From Kiritimatiellia bacterium (lineage in GTDB: Bacteria > Verrucomicrobiota > Kiritimatiellia > CAIQIC01 > JAGNIJ01): a stretch of 64,000 nt of DNA. Positions 61,151 to 64,000 of the stretch are shown here, one piece after another. The DNA lies in the NCBI GenBank assembly GCA_018001225.1, contig JAGNIJ010000001.1:155384-219383 (forward strand). Reading direction: 5' to 3'. A program made the translations under genes and the position numbers. Each line of letters opens with the position of its first letter. Position 1 is the first letter of the stretch. The notes below the pieces were generated by a model that saw only the letters and a list, made by a program, of their open reading frames with translations, was not told where the DNA came from and did no database searches.

Positions 61151-62407
61151 TCAATCCCGGACCATGCGGGCGCGGTAGAAGCGGTTGGTCTTCGTGGTCG
61201 GCAGGCCGCGGCCGCACTGGCCGGAATCCACGAAGGCGACCGTGCTCGTGGCGGCCGTGTTGGTGAAGAAGGGCCGCCACGTCCCCTTGAGCCCGGCGTC
61301 CGCGGACTCGATGACGTAGGTCACGCGGGCGAAGGCGCTGAAACTGACGTGGACGTTGTTGTTGGAGCGGGCCTCGCGCGTGGCCAGGATATGCGGCTCG
61401 AGATTGCGGAACCCGACGTTGACGCGGCCGACGGGCTGGGTGAACACCCCGATGGTGTTCGTGGCGCCCCGGGGCAGCCAGATATCGCCCGTCGTGTTGT
61501 ACCCGAAGGGGAGCGTGACCCGCGCGTTCGGCGAGCCGTTCGTGTTGCTCAATTTCACGGTGATGCTTCGGCCGTCCGTCAACGCGTCTATGGGGACGGC
61601 GAAATTGCCGCTGGCGGTCGAAAGGTCTCCCGTGCCGTACCGCGTGGCGCCGTCGAAGAGCGTGACGACGATGTTCGACACGCCCTCGCCCTCGTCGTAG
61701 ATCCCGTTGGCGTTGGCGTCGAAGAAGATCGTGTCGGTGAAGAAATGCCCGCTGGACCGGGCGCCATAGTCCTGGACATCGTAGGTCCAGCCGCTGGCCG
61801 GCCGATAGGCGTTGCCGACGCCGAGTTCCCGGTAGTCGGCGCCCAGGATGATCCGGCGGTGCCCCCGGTCCTCGATGATGCTGTCGCGGAATATCCCCTC
61901 GTGGAACGCGCGGCCCGAGGCGTAGTTCCCGCCGATGCATTCCCCGTAGGCGCTCCACGTGTAGCCCTGCGCCGTGAGGCGCTGGCCGGGCGTCGAGTTG
62001 AGAGGGTAGTAGTTGGCGGACGGGCTGTTGTGCTGGAATATCCCGGTCTCGGCCATGTCTCGGGCGTGGTTGGTGGCGGTGAGCCGAAGCAGCCGGTGGG
62101 GCGCCAGGGGCGGCTTCGAGGCCTTCCAGGGAGCCCACTCCGCCGGCGTCGTGCCGAAATCGTTGTTCGCCGAGGTGTCCTCGCAGCAATCGTAATCCGG
62201 ATGCCCGCCCGCCGTGGAATTGACCAGTCCCAGCCGGTCCGCCTCCTTCTCCGGATCGAACCGCGCGCGGTTAATCCACCAACGCTGCGCCTCCTGCCGG
62301 GCATTCAGCACGCCGTCGTTGGTGTAAAGCGTCTGGCCGACCGCCCGGCCGGCGGCCAACAACCCCACCAGCGCGACCCAGATTCCGCCTGTACACCTCC
62401 CCATCAT
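61151..62407 (-). CDS. secreted CAP/SCP (YkwD-like) domain protein with a C-terminal beta-rich domain
   Basis: Signal peptide. CAP motifs ...YGECIGGNY... and ...RDSIIEDRGHRRIILGADYRELGVG (GHR.NIL...iGvG). Confidence 0.55.
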   Translation of the reverse strand: MMGRCTGGIWVALVGLLAAGRAVGQTLYTNDGVLNARQEAQRWWINRARFDPEKEADRLGLVNSTAGGHPDYDCCEDTSANNDFGTTPAEWAPWKASKPPLAPHRLLRLTATNHARDMAETGIFQHNSPSANYYPLNSTPGQRLTAQGYTWSAYGECIGGNYASGRAFHEGIFRDSIIEDRGHRRIILGADYRELGVGNAYRPASGWTYDVQDYGARSSGHFFTDTIFFDANANGIYDEGEGVSNIVVTLFDGATRYGTGDLSTASGNFAVPIDALTDGRSITVKLSNTNGSPNARVTLPFGYNTTGDIWLPRGATNTIGVFTQPVGRVNVGFRNLEPHILATREARSNNNVHVSFSAFARVTYVIESADAGLKGTWRPFFTNTAATSTVAFVDSGQCGRGLPTTKTNRFYRARMVRD

Positions 62408-62520
62408 AACGGCGGCCCTCCTAAGAGTTTCATAGCAACATTTCAGCCGCCGGTCAAACCGGCGTGCCGCGCTGAATTTTTCCGGCCGTTCGCGGTATAC
62501 TGGTTCGCGGACGGGGGCTC

Positions 62521-64000
62521 ATGCGTTTTGAGACATACCGGGTGGCGCTGGCGCTGCTGGCCTGGGGCGGGCTCGGCGAGTCCGCCCGCGCCGAGCCGCC
62601 GCTGCTGTTGGTTCACCCGGGCGGCTGGCACGCGGGCGTGACGAATTTCGCGGCGTTCAAGCAGCGGCTGGGCTACGACGTCCGCCTGACCAACCTCTGG
62701 GACGCCACCGCTGGGCAGACCAGCAGTCCGGCCGCGCTGCGCTCCACGCTGCTTTCGTTCTACACCTCGCTGGCCGCGACCCAGCAGCCCGGCTACGTCC
62801 TGTTCGTCGGCAACTTCCAGGCCCTGCCCGCGCCCCTCTTCCGGGTGGCCGCCGGCGACGCGCCCTACTTCTCGGACATCTATTATTCCATCCCGGACGT
62901 CGAGTTCGACGCCAACGGCAACGGCACCAACGCCGAGTACGGAACCTCGGGGGACATCACCTCCGCCCAGTACGACGCGTTCTTCGCCGCCTTGAGCAAC
63001 AAGCTGGTCGTCGGCCGCCTCCCCGTTGCGGCCACGGCCGGCGTCGAAACCGTGCGGAGACTTCTCGACGCCTCGGTCGCGTTCGAGCGGGAGACCGGCG
63101 CACGGAAGAGCCAGGCCCTCCTGACCGCGGGACGGATCGACACCAACCTGACGCTGGCCGACAGCTGGGAGTACGTCGTGCGCGACCTGGCCGGGCAGCT
63201 CGGGTCCAACTGCCCGGACCGCACGTTCGTCACCGTCGCGCACGTCGCCTCGAACTATGCCGACCGGACGGGGATCGACTACGCCGTGGAGGGTGACAGC
63301 TTGAGCGCCGGGTACACGGAGGGCCAGAACATCGTGCGCGGGCTCTGGCAATCCAACGACGCCTGCGCCTTCCTCTGCAACGTCTCGCACGGCGGCTCGA
63401 CCTACGACTTCGCCCTGCGCCGCAACGGCGCGGGCTTCCCGACCAACGTCCACGCGGCCATCGTCCTCTCCATGTCGTGCGCCTCGTACGACCTCGGCGC
63501 GGCGGCGCTGACCGCGGGCGTCGCCGCGGTCTACCTCGGCTCGACGGCCGTGGTGACGCCCGACGTCGCGACGCTGCTGTCCGGCCAGAAGATGGTCTCC
63601 GCCGAGGTGCAGCAGAGCGCGACGCGGAAGATCTTCGGCGCGACGCAGACGGTCGGCCGCGTGTTCCGCGAGGAGTTCGATTGGTACGTGGACACGCTCC
63701 CCGGGCGCGGCTGGCTGACCTACCTGACCGACAAGACCGGCCTCCTGCGGAACGTCGTCGGGTTCCAGATCCTCGGCGACCCCACGCTGCGGCTGGAGCA
63801 CCCCGACGCGGACGCGGACGGCCTGCTGGACCCGGAGGAAGAGTCCATCGGCACGCTGCCGGGGAATCCGGACACGGACGGCGACGGCCTGCCGGACGGC
63901 TACGAGTTTTACGCCCCGACGCTCGATCCGCTCGTGGACAACGGGCCGGACGTGGACGACGACGGCTCGATCAACGGCGATGAATGGATCGCGGGCACCG
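62521..64000 (+). CDS. secreted peptidase C25 (gingipain-like) family protein with C-terminal TSP3-like calcium-binding repeats; partial, runs off the window end
   Basis: Signal peptide MRFETYRVALALLAWGGLGESARA. Catalytic His and Cys motifs of the C25/caspase fold (NVSHGGSTY and LSMSCASYD). C-terminal DADADGLLD...DTDGDGLPD...DVDDDGSING repeats. There is no stop codon before coordinate 64000. Confidence 0.65.
   Translation, partial: MRFETYRVALALLAWGGLGESARAEPPLLLVHPGGWHAGVTNFAAFKQRLGYDVRLTNLWDATAGQTSSPAALRSTLLSFYTSLAATQQPGYVLFVGNFQALPAPLFRVAAGDAPYFSDIYYSIPDVEFDANGNGTNAEYGTSGDITSAQYDAFFAALSNKLVVGRLPVAATAGVETVRRLLDASVAFERETGARKSQALLTAGRIDTNLTLADSWEYVVRDLAGQLGSNCPDRTFVTVAHVASNYADRTGIDYAVEGDSLSAGYTEGQNIVRGLWQSNDACAFLCNVSHGGSTYDFALRRNGAGFPTNVHAAIVLSMSCASYDLGAAALTAGVAAVYLGSTAVVTPDVATLLSGQKMVSAEVQQSATRKIFGATQTVGRVFREEFDWYVDTLPGRGWLTYLTDKTGLLRNVVGFQILGDPTLRLEHPDADADGLLDPEEESIGTLPGNPDTDGDGLPDGYEFYAPTLDPLVDNGPDVDDDGSINGDEWIAGT

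Noticed and set aside
1-64000. CRISPR arrays, rRNA and tRNA genes.
   Set aside because: No array of regularly spaced direct repeats with unique spacers was seen. The only tandem repeats are the three units at 41595-41677, the REP copies and the intragenic duplications. No tRNA cloverleaf or T-loop (GTTCRANYC) candidate was found in intergenic gaps, and there is no rRNA-like conserved block.

Overview
High-GC (roughly 65-70%) chromosomal segment that looks bacterial. Prepilin-type N-terminal proteins, an ECF sigma ('RWTLV') coupled to a giant Ser/Thr kinase, and many secreted glycoside hydrolases and repeat proteins point to a PVC-superphylum-like organism (Verrucomicrobia/Kiritimatiellae/Planctomycetes); this is inference only. 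Gene density is high, with many 4-nt ATGA or GTGA start/stop overlaps. Main contents in window order: an XRE-HTH/ImmA-IrrE peptidase plus PIN-like pair next to a secreted tail-fibre-like protein with a peptidase-S74 intramolecular chaperone domain; bcp; a 1430-aa GH31 hydrolase with a Calx-beta domain; an SSS symporter; an LPS-core operon (lpxK, heptosyltransferase, two GT2s, a CPBP-protease/O-antigen-ligase fusion, a Kdo/WaaP-type kinase fused to a TIM-barrel-like domain); a Sec-type RHS/YD-repeat protein whose C-terminal domain is unrecognisable, followed by a coupled secreted YD/TSP3 protein; mevalonate kinase and diphosphomevalonate decarboxylase; zupT; a B12-radical-SAM gene; a beta-propeller/Cache/MFS fusion coupled to an RsbU-like PP2C phosphatase; a CBM20-esterase; a U32 peptidase whose promoter carries three tandem 31-32 bp palindromic repeats; purB; an ORF6N/KilA-N gene with an in-frame 60-nt tandem duplication built around perfect palindromes; a RAYT (REP-associated tyrosine transposase) flanked by REP/BIME-like repeats; phosphoketolase; a dedicated SDR-KAS-ACP-LpxL-like cluster reminiscent of the rhizobial acpXL/lpxXL lipid-A module; an ECF sigma with a 1298-aa Ser/Thr kinase; and SGNH, GNAT, CAP and C25 (gingipain-like) genes. 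Four unrelated secreted proteins share a conserved C-terminal tail ending in a (Y/F)RxxV motif, three of them preceded by TSP3-like calcium-binding repeats; this is a candidate lineage-specific sorting or anchoring module. No rRNA, tRNA or CRISPR array was found. Most long antisense ORFs in the supplied track are high-GC artefacts.
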